25,886 nucleotides of DNA from Octopus sinensis (GCF_006345805.1 NW_021836037.1:1-25886), one strand, 5' to 3'; numbered from the stretch's first letter, positions 10,649 to 21,180 are shown. The notes: generated by a model not told the origin, from the sequence alone. Made by a program: numbers and translations.

Positions 10649-11189
10649 TATTTCTTTATTGCCCACAAGGGGCTAAACACGCAGGGGACAAACAAGGACA
10701 GACAAAGGGTTTAAATCGATTATATCGACGCCAGTAGGTAACTGGTAGTTATTTAATCGACCCCGAAAGGATGAAAGGTAAAGTCGACCTCGGCGGAATT
10801 TGAACTGAGAACATAGCGGCAGACGAAATACCTATTTCTTTACTACCCACAAGGGGTTAAATACAGAGGGGACAAACAAGGACAGACAACGGATTAAATC
10901 GATTAATCGACCCACAGTCGTAACTGGTACTTAATTTAATCGACTCCGAAAGGATGAAAGCAGTCGACCTCGGCGGAATTTGAACTCAGAACGTAGCGGC
11001 AGACGAATACCTATTTCTTTACTACCCAAAGGGCTAAACACAGAGGGAAAACAAAGGACAGACAAAGGATTAAGTCGATTACATCGACCCAGTGCGTAAC
11101 TGGTACTTAATTTATCGACCCCGAAAGGATGAAAGGCAAAGTCGACCTCGGCGGAATTTGAACTCAGAACGTAACGGCAGACGAATACC
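10649..11189 (-). repeat. Tandem array of three headless SINE-A units (~180 bp each); the head is displaced to 16493-16558 by the LINE
   Basis: Units 10649-10832, 10833-11011 and 11012-11189; each reads on the minus strand GGTATT(T)CGTCTGCCG..GTTCAAATTCCGCCGAGGTCGAC..TAAAGAAATA. Confidence 0.92.
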
Positions 11190-11438
11190 AATTTCTTTAT
11201 TGCCCACCGGGGGCCAAACATAGATATGGACAGTACAACTGATGGGATCAGTGAATCGATATGATTTTACATAAATGTGACATCAAAAATAAAATACAAT
11301 ACATAAAAATCGAATGGAATACACAGTACAAAAACAATACAAATGAAGCGATGATCAAGTTACGCTCCGATCCCACAAGCCCCGATCTACCGCTGATACC
11401 TTTTTATTTTTCCTTTTTTTTTTTTTTTCCTCGTCTAT

Positions 11439-14400
11439 TCACACGGTTCCTTGCACGCACAACACTCGTGCAACATACTTCCATCTCTTTTGGAACGTAC
11501 ACTCTGACAGACACCTCTTCTCCAGCCACAGTTTCCTTTTCAAATGAAAAGAAAAAAAGGATCGTAAATTGTCACCAGAGATAAAGTTGCCTGTCTTAAT
11601 TCCTTTTATCCTAGTATTCCATACAGCCTCTTTTGCTATTGCTACAACCGTGAGAAAACAATTCTTACCTTCGTTCGTTAGAACTCCCGGTGGGTCAATT
11701 TTTATAATTGACTCAGTCGACAGCCGTACTCTTCCTTCGCCGGACAACAGATGTTCAGCATAAGCCCACATTTCAGTTATCTCCGGACACTGAACAATAG
11801 CGTGAGGGACGGTTTCCTGTCCCCACCGCATCTTGGACAGGTCGGCGACTGACGTTTACCATGTCTTGCGAGCTTATCCCAAACGGGCAAGGCACCTCTG
11901 TAGCATTGCCAGGTTAAGGACTTTTGGAAGTTGTCCAACGTTCTCAACCCGAATGTACGATGAAACAAGCTGTCCAGTTGAATAAATCCGAGACCTAGAG
12001 TCGACCCCAGGCCATCGTCGCATTCAGACTCTACCACCCACTATATAAAATCCGTGTGGAACCCCCACCGCTGGCGTTGCCCGAGCGCCGGAACAGCAAG
12101 AGGGCCTTACGGCACTCTTTATGCCACTCACTCGACCTCGGTCTACGAGAACACCAGGCTTCCTGTTCGCAAAAACTCTTGAACTCAGGGAACATTTGTC
12201 TGGCCAGCGGAGACCACACCCGTTCACTATCCAGGAGAATCCAGAGGTGCCTCAACCTCAACGCATGTCTGCGCATCATTAACCAAGGCATCCCTAAACC
12301 TCCATTTAAAGGCTTTTGACAGCAGACAGAGCGTTTCACAAGTGGCGACCTGCCCTTCCACAAAAAGCGAAAGAGCTGTCTCTCCAACCTGATCAACCAC
12401 GAATCCGGACAGGGCACGACAGTCAGGCGGTAGGTAATGACCGATGCGATAAACACATTGGCCACTTCCGCCCTCCCTTTCAGGGATAGCCACCGCCAAG
12501 ACCAAGTCTTGACTACTGCAGCCACCCTGCTCAATACCTCCGTCCATTTCTTCTCTATCTGGAGGCCTGGTCCAAACCAGACTCCCAGCAACTTAACCGG
12601 TCCCTCCGTCCAGCGCCTAACAACACTGTCTGAAGGCATCGACTTGCCAACCCAGGTGCCGAGCTGCAAGCCGACCGACTTTTCCCGGTTAATCTTTGCT
12701 CCTGCTACCTCCTCGTAAGCCTCAATAGTCTTACCTACTTCACGTAGGCGTACCACTGTGGTTACACTGATAGTGATATCATCCGCGAAAGCCGTAACAA
12801 ACTCCTCTCTAGTCCTGGTTCTCTCGGGGATGCCACTCAACCTTTGCAGTAATGGCTCGAGAGCCATCACATACAAAAGTGGTGAAAGCGGACATCCTTG
12901 ACGAACCGAGCGTCTGATGCAGAACGGCTTCGAAAGGAAACCGTTCACCCGAACTATCGAGTCAATGTTGTGGTACAAAGCGATAAACCACCTGAGGAAG
13001 CCAAGGCCCAGGCCAAACCGCGCAAGTACAGTCGCTAGGTATCGATGGTCAACCCTATCAAAAGCTTTAGACTGGTCCAAATGCACCAATGCCCCACCTT
13101 TGCCAGATTTATTACCAAACCTCTCTATGGTATAGCGAATAAGATGGAGGGTATCCTGAATGGTTCTGCCTGGGATGGCACATGTCTGTGCCTCCCCGAC
13201 TATACCATTCGCGACACGCGCCAACCTTTTTGCTAGAACCTTGGCCAAAATCTTCACTTCTGCGTTTAACAGAGTGATGGGCCTGAAATTCTCTAGAACG
13301 TCCCCCTTGTCCGGGTCCTTTCTGACCAACGTCACTACTCCCCGGCGCACAGATCTGGGGATAAACCCATTCTGTTTCCAGTTCGCGTACACGTCAGTCA
13401 GTAGTTGCCCGAACAAGTCTGGCATACATTTATACAGCTCGTACGGAAGACCATCAAGTCCCGGTGACTTACCCGCTTTACAATCGGCCAAAGCCTCCAT
13501 CACCTCCTCAAGTGTGATTGGCCCTTCGCAAGACTCCGCATCCGACCCCGAGAGGCACGGCAGCCCGGTAAGAAAGTCCTCGAGGGCTCTCCCACCACCA
13601 GGACCGCCGTCACCCCCGAACAGCTGGGCGAAGTACTCCCGAAAGACCTCACACATTTTCTCGGGTTCGTTTATCAAGACACCATTTTGATTCGTCAAAG
13701 ACCGAATAGAGGAACTATTTCCTTGCCGAGCTTCCACCACTCGGGCCCATCCAGCGGCTTTGATTCCTTCACTTCCCATTGCACGTAACTTAGCTCTGGT
13801 AATACTTCCCATGTGGTGGGCTTCAAGATGCTGGTTTAACTCCAGTCTTTTCACCCTCGCTTGGTCTGTATTACCAGTCCTCCAGGCTTCTAGTTCCTTA
13901 ACTAGACCATCTCCTATTTTACGTCCCTTCTTAGCTAAACTTATGCTAAACCTAATAGACTCATATTTGATGGCTCTTTTTAGGGCGTACCACCATTTGT
14001 TATTAATGATGGTACCTGTTAATGCCCTCTGTATTAACATCTTGATCCGCTTTCTGTACTCCTCAATCGCCAAAAGGGACGTATTGAGTTTCCAGTAGCC
14101 AGATCCCTGTCTATGCAACTAGAAAAAACTGTGGACACTCAACTATGGACTTATCTTTTTCTCTAATTAAAATCCTATCTAGATATGTTCTGGTAGACCC
14201 GTCACTATTTGACCACGTCCACTGTGGAGTGTTCGGGTGCTCCAACCTATATGGATCTGCTAGCTGAAATTGACTTAGCAGATCCCGAAAGCCTGTGTTA
14301 CATTTTCTGTTCATGTTCGAGTTTGAGCCAACACCATCTGTGTGTGCTGCACATATTGTATTAGAGTCTCCTAACACTACTAGTGAATGCGACGTGGCTA

Positions 14401-14788
14401 GGAACTTTCCTAGGCCACGAAAATATTCAGTTTGCGGGCCAATAATGTTTGGTGCATAAATAGCGACCAGCCTGATTGTCTTGCCACAACTGAATGTCAA
14501 GTCGAGAACGACCAGCCTGCCTTCTGGGTCAGAAAAAACCAACTTTTTCTCGGCTACCCGGTTTCTTTTTAGTAGGACCAACACCCCACCCCCACCTCCC
14601 GCCCGACTCGGAGAAACGTATTTCTCGTAGCCGTTCAGGAGGGGGAGCAGATCTCTTGGCCCCTTCACCCGGGTTTCCGTTGCAACAATTACATCCAAAT
14701 TTCTCGACCTGATGTCATTCAGAAAGCGTCCTTGCTTCCAGCTTGACAACAGGCCATGAACATTTAAACAACCAATGTGAATAGCCAT
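11439..14788 (-). pseudogene. ORF2: APE endonuclease, reverse transcriptase and C-terminal CCHC (zf-RVT), broken into at least 4 frames
   Basis: EN: CLNVHGL, TET, AIYAPN, GDSN, YLDRIL. RT: KSPGLDGLPYE, FRPITLLN, LDQSKAFDRV, VRQGCPLSP, FADD, KLLGV. C-terminus: CPRC..ETVPHAIVQC. Breaks near 14115, 12035 and 11825. Confidence 0.93.
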
Positions 14789-14799
14789 CACTTACCTGT

Positions 14800-16356
14800 T
14801 TAATTAGGATTGTCCGGTGGAGGGGGACCCTCCACCTTTTTTTATCCAGGGTCGGAGGTGGACGGTCTTGGGAAATAGATTTGTCAAAATCCCGTCTCAC
14901 CACCGACACAGAATTATCAGGTGGAGGGGGAATCTCCACCTTTTCCTTTTCTCGCGGGATCGGAGCTGGTAATCCATGAAATATCGACTTGTTAAAATCT
15001 AATCTCAATGAAGATACAGTCTTTCTGTACTTATTTTGTAGAATTCTATAAGTCTTATTTGAGACTTCATATATGTCGTAATTGATAAATTCCTCTGAAA
15101 GGTTATCAATTTTTTTACAGTCTTTATGAGTTGAATGTCTCTCATGAGCTCAGTATCTTTAGTGTATACGGCTATTATGCCTTTTTCTTCTTTTTCTCTT
15201 CTGGCAGTCTTTTTTGGTCGTTGTTCTGTAGTAGTCGCCGCTCTCGGCTGGGTTGCTGGTTGTATTTTTCTTTTGTTTGTTGTTTTTTTCTCATCTGTTT
15301 CTTCTTTATCTTCTTCCTCTTTGTCTTTTTTCTCCTCTTCCTCTCTTCTTCATTTTCCTTGCAGTTCCTTCGAATGTGGCCTAATTGACCACATAAAAAA
15401 CATCGAGGTTTTCGGCCCTCAACAAACCACGAGGTTCTCCTCCCCTACCTCAATTGTCTCAGGAATTGTTTGAATTATTTTAGGGTCCGCTTGAATGAGA
15501 AGATTAATTGTTTTACCATCCCAGCGTGGGTTTTCCGTAGCGGTAGCCTGGAGGAGAGTAATTTTTTCTACCTCTTTGATTAGGACTGCCGCCAACACCA
15601 CATAGGTTCGACCTCTGGCGGGACCCTTGTAATTTTTATTCGCGACGTCCTCATCCCATATATAATAGGGTATTAACTCCACGTCGTTCGTTTTCAACGT
15701 TTCCACTGAGTTCTTGTGTGCTATTTCTTTATTGGTGAACCTTACTTCCACCGTTCCGAATTTTTTTCCTCTTCTCAGAAATACTACGTCTCGCCCAATA
15801 TTGGCTTTAAGCACTTTTCTATTTTCTCTTCTGACATTCTTTCAATTTTTCTATTTTGTAGACAATATGTTTTGAAAATTATTGTTTTTTGCTTTTCTTC
15901 TTCCTGTAATAACTTTTGCGGAGGTTCAATTTTCACACTGTTGTCATTTATTTCCATCATTTTGCTGTATTTCATAATTTCGCTTTTATTCGTCGACAGT
16001 ATCTGGGTTCCACCCCCAGCAGCCAACGCAAAACTTTTTTTTCCATTTTTTGGTTCTATCTGGATGCTAGGCACATCAATTATTCTCTTCGACACAATGC
16101 CTTTGTTCTCTGGCAAAGTCGGAAACTCTTCTGGTGAAAGTTCTGACGAGCTCTCAGACACATCTCCAAAAATATCAAATATATTATCCTCTCTGCTATT
16201 CCTTCTTGTAGCGGGGGAAACCCCTATTTCCTTGTCTGTAGTTGGCTCCTCGCCGGACATGTATTTCCTCCTCTCAACAGGAGAAACAAGTATTTCTGCT
16301 CCAACGGTAGGCTCCATGCTAGACGACATTCTTCCCCCCAAAGGGGGAATGAACAA
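14800..16356 (-). pseudogene. ORF1 (gag-like nucleic-acid-binding protein) with a zinc knuckle, frameshifted
   Basis: Pieces 15784-16356 and 15419-15814; then EGRKPRCFLCGQLGHIRRNC (CX2CX4HX4C, 15361-15402), a K/E-rich stretch and a Pro-rich end; lies directly upstream of ORF2. The start codon is uncertain. Confidence 0.8.
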
Positions 16357-16492
16357 CGCGTGCTACCACAAGCACTAAGTGTTTTCAATTGAAAACTCCA
16401 ACAGTTAAGTTATTCAACAGTTTAACAAGAAACAACAGTTGTTAACAATATTAACACCACGAAACAGCAATTCTTACTTCACGAACACATGT

Positions 16493-16558
16493 GCGGCAGA
16501 CGAAATACCGCTTAGCATTTCGCCCGGCGTGCTAACGTTTCTGCCAGCTCGCCGTCTT
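16493..16558 (-). mobile_element. SINE-A 5' head (A box) left upstream of the LINE insertion
   Basis: Reverse complement GGCGAGCTGGCAGAAACGTTAGCACGCCGGGCGAAATGCTAAGCGGTATTTCGTCTGCCGC, nearly identical to 19919-19979. Confidence 0.92.
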
Positions 16559-17394
16559 TCACAAAATACCGAACAAACTGCTTTAATTTACAATTTTTCT
16601 GATTTCCTAATTTTTGCATCTTAATTTTTAATATTTCATATGGAAGAAGTAAAAGAATAAAAAGAAAAAGAAAAGAATTTCAGTATGGGCCACTTTGTAT
16701 TCTGTAATATTGAACGCTTATATCCAAAGATGCCTCTATAATAGTAACATGTATCAGCTTTTTGTATGATGTAATCCTATATTTAATAGTTAATGTTTTT
16801 TTAATATACTCTGGGACTCCTGGGACTCCTGGGACTCCTTCGAAATTCATTTTAGTAAAGTTTTGATCTACTGATGAGACAAGGAATATAACCAGGGGAG
16901 TTAATTCCTTTGGGATTCAATGAACTCCGCACTGTTTATCTGATCTTCACAGGGAGTCTCTGGATGCTGACGAAAACGACCTGACCAGTCTGTTCCGGAG
17001 AACTTTCTGGTCGGAAATTATGATGGATAATTTCAAGATGTCCTTGACCTGGCAGTACACCCGGGATAAGGGTGGGGCGCAACCAGTTCGGAATATATTC
17101 TACAGGAACGGATGTGCTGTCAGACTGGCTTGTCCAAGGTACACGCAGGGTGACCAAACCGTTCTTGCACGCCATCGTTCAGTGTCCGGGCATTGCTGAC
17201 TTGTAGGGTTTGGGAATTGATCCGGTACCAGTCAAGGATTCTGGATTACTTTTACTGCTTTTTTTTTATACTGAATTTTCGAAAGCGGCCGGGTTCATAT
17301 TTAATATTCTCGTTTGCGAGAGCAATCGAGTTTATTACAGATATTTTCATTTTAAAATTCATCTCTGGCTAATCTTTGAGGGGACGTTGGTGTT

Positions 17395-17426
17395 GCCTTG
17401 GCGGAGGTTTGCGCTCTCTGAGTGCT
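17395..17426 (+). mobile_element. Possible Helentron/HINE-like terminal motif
   Basis: GCCTTGGCGGAGGTTTGCGCTCTCTGAGTGC resembles a terminus common in aquatic-animal non-autonomous elements; recalled, not verified. Confidence 0.3.
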
Positions 17427-17447
17427 CTTCTTCTTCTTCTTCTTCTT

Positions 17448-17523
<76 letters not shown>

Positions 17524-17550
17524 TATTATTATTATTATCATCATCATCAT
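17427..17550. repeat. (CTT)n(TAT)n(CAT)n microsatellite
   Basis: Directly visible. Confidence 0.95.
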
Positions 17551-17867
17551 TCAGTAGTTTTATTTTAATAGCGTGCTTTCACTTCACTACCGAGCGCAGG
17601 TCTGTGTGCCTTAGGTATGTGATGTGATTTGTTGTGATGCTCTGATGGTTATTGTATGGAAAGTGTTCTGCGTAGGATGTGTGCAGTGCCTAGTAGTGCA
17701 ATTTTCTGTATGTTATATGTGTTTGTAAGTCCTGGTGTTTTTGTTATGTATTTGTCTGAATGTTTTTTTATCATGCCTAATGTACCTATTATGATAGGGA
17801 TTGTTTCTGCTTTTGGATTCCACATTCTGGTTACCTCTATTTCCAGGTCTTTGTATTTTGAAAGTTT
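17551..17867 (-). mobile_element. 5'-truncated R4/Dong-like (RLE-type) non-LTR element 3' end within (TAA)n
   Basis: Minus-strand translation LSKYKDLEIEVTRMWNPKAETIPIIIGTLGMIKK..IQKIALLGTAHILRRTLSIQ* (stop 17649-17651) is the R4/Dong-type C-terminus; flanked by TAA repeats, the known Dong target. Confidence 0.8.
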
Positions 17868-18186
17868 ATTATTATTATTAATGCCTAATGCACCTATTAT
17901 GATAGGGCTTGTTTCTGCTTTTAGATTCCACTTCCGGTTACCTCTATTTCCAGGTCTTTGTATTTTGAAAGTTTATTATTATTATTAATGCCTAATGCAC
18001 CTATTATGATAGGGCTTGTTTCTGCTTTTAGATTCCACTTCTGGTTACCTCTATTTCCAGGTCTTTGTATTTTGAAAGTTTATTATTATTATTAATGCCT
18101 AATGCACCTATTATGATAGGGCGTGTTTCTGCTTTTAGATTCCACATTCTGGTTACCTCTATTTTCAGGTCTTTGTATTTTGAAAG

Positions 18187-18188
<2 letters not shown>
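17773..18188. repeat. Four ~107-bp tandem units made of the Dong-like 5' junction plus (TAT)n
   Basis: Units start ATGCCTAATG at 17773, 17881, 17988 and 18095. Confidence 0.92.
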
Positions 18189-18230
<42 letters not shown>

Positions 18231-18255
18231 GATTATTATTATTATTATTATTATT

Positions 18256-18815
18256 GAGTGAGAGAGCAGTTCATGCCATCAAAGTGACACTGGGGTAAAA
18301 TATACGAAGCCCAATATACCCATCATGACTACCCGTCTGATAAAGGTACACCAGGCACATGCATCACAACCATATGTGCGCGACATGATGATCTCATATC
18401 AAGATAAACAGCACATGACCTTGCAGGTGGGGCCCAGTTAGAATTTTCTTCAGTTGAGTAGCCCATCCCGCTCAAACGGTCCCTGAATAAGGGTTGTTTA
18501 AGGATGTTGAAAGAACCACCCATGTTTCCAGAGGTGAACTATTCAAACCCCAAAGAATCCCTCTCAACACATGGCTATGATGCTCCCCCACTACTTCTGC
18601 TCGTGATCAGAGATGCACATATCGTCAGCCACTAAGGGACATGCCATCTGGATTAAGGTCAAACAACTGACAAGCAAATCTGTGGTATTGAGCAGAATAT
18701 TTGCTGTAGCCCATCTTTTATACCAAGACAAAACAATGTACATGATAACACTTCCAATCAGTTAAGATCAGAAGCCATGAGAGCCACTGCCTGGTACTGC
18801 ATCAGGGCATTGAGC
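18256..18815. mobile_element. ~560-bp non-coding complex-sequence insert between two (TAT)n tracts; probable interspersed repeat
   Basis: Sharp boundaries against in-register (TAT)n on both sides; no ORF or TIRs recognised. Confidence 0.45.
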
Positions 18816-18816
18816 A

Positions 18817-18875
<59 letters not shown>

Positions 18876-19915
18876 TCCGTATTCACTTATTGTAATTATT
18901 AAGAAGTATTTATTTCCTATGATGCATTATACGTCCGGATTGTGGATTTATTTTACTGGACGATAAATCTGTTAGGTCTTTGGGCGGGCATTGCTTTTCT
19001 GTGATGCTATAATGATTAAACTTATAACGTGATCAAATATCCGGGTTTGACTACATTGGCTTTAATTCATTCCATTATTTACTGTTTCTTTTTCAGTGCC
19101 TTTTGAACATGAAAATTTATATACAGCTGGGTGTATAGATATATATTCATATCTTTCACACATGATTTTGAGGACATTTATGGTTCACAGTGCTTTGGAT
19201 CTGCGTGGGGAGTGGGGTGGGGGCGAATGCTTGAGAGTTGCATGGATGCATATATGCTTGTATATGTGAATATACAGTTATATATGTATAGATATACATG
19301 TACATACATACATATATATTTGCATAAAGGGATAGGGGGTTTTTAAAGGAAACTTGACAGCCTGTTCCTTAGTCAATTCACACAAGGAGACAAAAACACT
19401 CGGATGCGGTAAAATACAGAAATGGGAAAAAAACTATATTCGTGGGAAAACTAACTGCACCCAGGCACTTTACCTATGACATACCTATTGATGTTATTCC
19501 CACACCGATACAAATTATGTGTTCATAATAAACACACCAAAGTACATACACACATTAGCCATACATACACAGTTACATATGTGTTTGTGAAAACATATGT
19601 ATATATGTATGTACTTATCTGTGTGTGTATTTATGTATGTATGTGGTTATGGATGTATGTATTAATGTATAGAAATATTTAAATACAAAAATACACTTGT
19701 AAGATATGTATTTTGATATTTCTCTACCGTTCAGAACATCGTTAAAACCACGTCCGCCATGTTGTTTAGTTTTATTGTGTTCTCTACACATTCTGTCTTT
19801 TACTGTGTCTTCTTGTCTTTGCGGTTGTTTTTCTTCCTACTGCTTCTTGGTGAGACTAAACTTCCCGTTTCAAGAATGCTAAGCGATATCAAATAAAGGG
19901 ATGAGGGTTTTTAAA

Positions 19916-20879
19916 GGAGGCGAGCTGGCAGAAACGTTAGCACGCCGGGCGAAATGCTTAGCGGTATTTCGTCTGCTGCTACGTTCTGAGTTCAAATTCC
20001 GCCGAGGTCGACTTTGCCTTTCATCCTTTCGGGGTCGATAATTAAGTACCATTTACGCACTGTGTCGAGTAATCGACTTAATACCTATGTCTGTCCTTGT
20101 TTGTCCCCTCTATGTTTACCCCTTGTGGATAATAAAGAATAGGTATTTCGGTCTGCTGCTACGGTTCTGATTTCAAATTCCCCGAGGTCGACTTTGCCTT
20201 TCATCCTTTCGGGGTCGATTAAATAAGTACCAGTTACGCACTGGGGTCGATGTAATCGACTTAATACCTATGTCTGTCCTTCTTTGTCCCCTCTATGTTT
20301 AGCCCCCTTGGGGTAATAAAGAAATAGGTATTTCGTCTGCTGCTACGTTCTTGAGTTCAAATTCCGCCGAGGTCGACTTTGCCTTTCATCCTTTCGGGGT
20401 CGATTAAATAAGTACCAGTTACGCACTGGAGTCGATATAATCGACTTAATCCGTTTGTCTGTCCTTGTTTGTCCCCTCTATGTTTAGCCCCTTGTGGGTA
20501 ATAAAGAAATAGGTATTTCGTCTGCTGCTACGTTCTGAGTTCAAATTCCGCTGAGGTCGACTTTGCCTTTCATCCTTTCGGGGTCGATTAAATAAGTACC
20601 AGTTACGCACTGGGGTCGATGTAATCGACTTAATACCTATGTCTGTCCTTGTTTGTCCCCTCTATGTTTAGCCCCTTGTGGGTAATAAAGAAATAGGTAT
20701 TTCGTCTGCTGCTACATTCTGAGTTCAAATTCTGCCGAGGTCGACTTTGCCTTTCATCCTTTCGGGGTCGATTAAATAAGTACCAGTTACGCACTGGGGT
20801 CGATATAATCGACTTAATCCGTTTGTCTGTCCTTGTTTGTACTCTCTGTGTTTAGCCCCTTGTGGGTAGTAAAGAAATA
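19916..20879 (+). mobile_element. SINE-A tandem array: one tRNA-like head plus five ~184-bp body/tail units, flanked by a 14-bp TSD
   Basis: Units start GGTATTTCG at 19963, 20142, 20327, 20512 and 20696; B box GAGTTCAAATTCC; TSD GATATCAAATAAAG at 19885-19898 and 20880-20893. Confidence 0.93.
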
Positions 20880-21047
20880 GATATCAAATAAAGCTATATA
20901 TTTCAGACTAACTGATTAGAGCTCGTTTTGGAAGGGACATGATTACATGATATTGAGAAATCGTATCATCTCAGAAATAGGCAGCTGAGATGCGAATTTG
21001 TTTCACTTCGTTATTAAGTATTTTGTGTCTTTAACACAATACGTCTA

Positions 21048-21180
21048 GGCGTAGCTGTATGGTAAGAAGTTTGTTTCTCAACCGCATGGTCCCGGGTTCA
21101 GTGCCACTGTGTCACATGTCATCTACTATAGCCTCGGACCGACCAAAATCTTGATATGGTTGGTACAAACTGAAAGAGTT
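21048..21180 (+). mobile_element. Diverged SINE family B 5' part
   Basis: Colinear with 3490-3635 (GGTAAGAAG, GGGTTCAGT, CCGACCAAA, AAACTGAAAGA). Confidence 0.7.

Larger units (their letters stand above)
11190..16492 (-). mobile_element. Near full-length Tx1/L1-clade non-LTR retrotransposon (~5.3 kb), frameshifted
   Basis: ORF1 plus APE-RT-zf ORF2; GYWKLN linker typical of L1/Tx1; TSD CGGCAGACGAA(A)TACC at 11175-11189 and 16494-16509; 3' end GGGCAATAAAGAAATT with no poly(A). Confidence 0.93.

Noticed and set aside
12056-14098. Plus-strand ORFs within the LINE
   Set aside because: Antisense shadows of ORF2.
16871-16930. CTGATGAG as a hammerhead core
   Set aside because: No stem II followed by GAAA downstream.
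16811-17200. Triple CTGGGACTC repeat and the 79-aa ORF at 16936-17175
   Set aside because: No recognisable domain or element boundaries.
19963-20879. CRISPR-like or plain satellite interpretation of the tandem array
   Set aside because: No unique spacers and a eukaryotic context; units are SINE bodies with a B box and a LINE-type tail.
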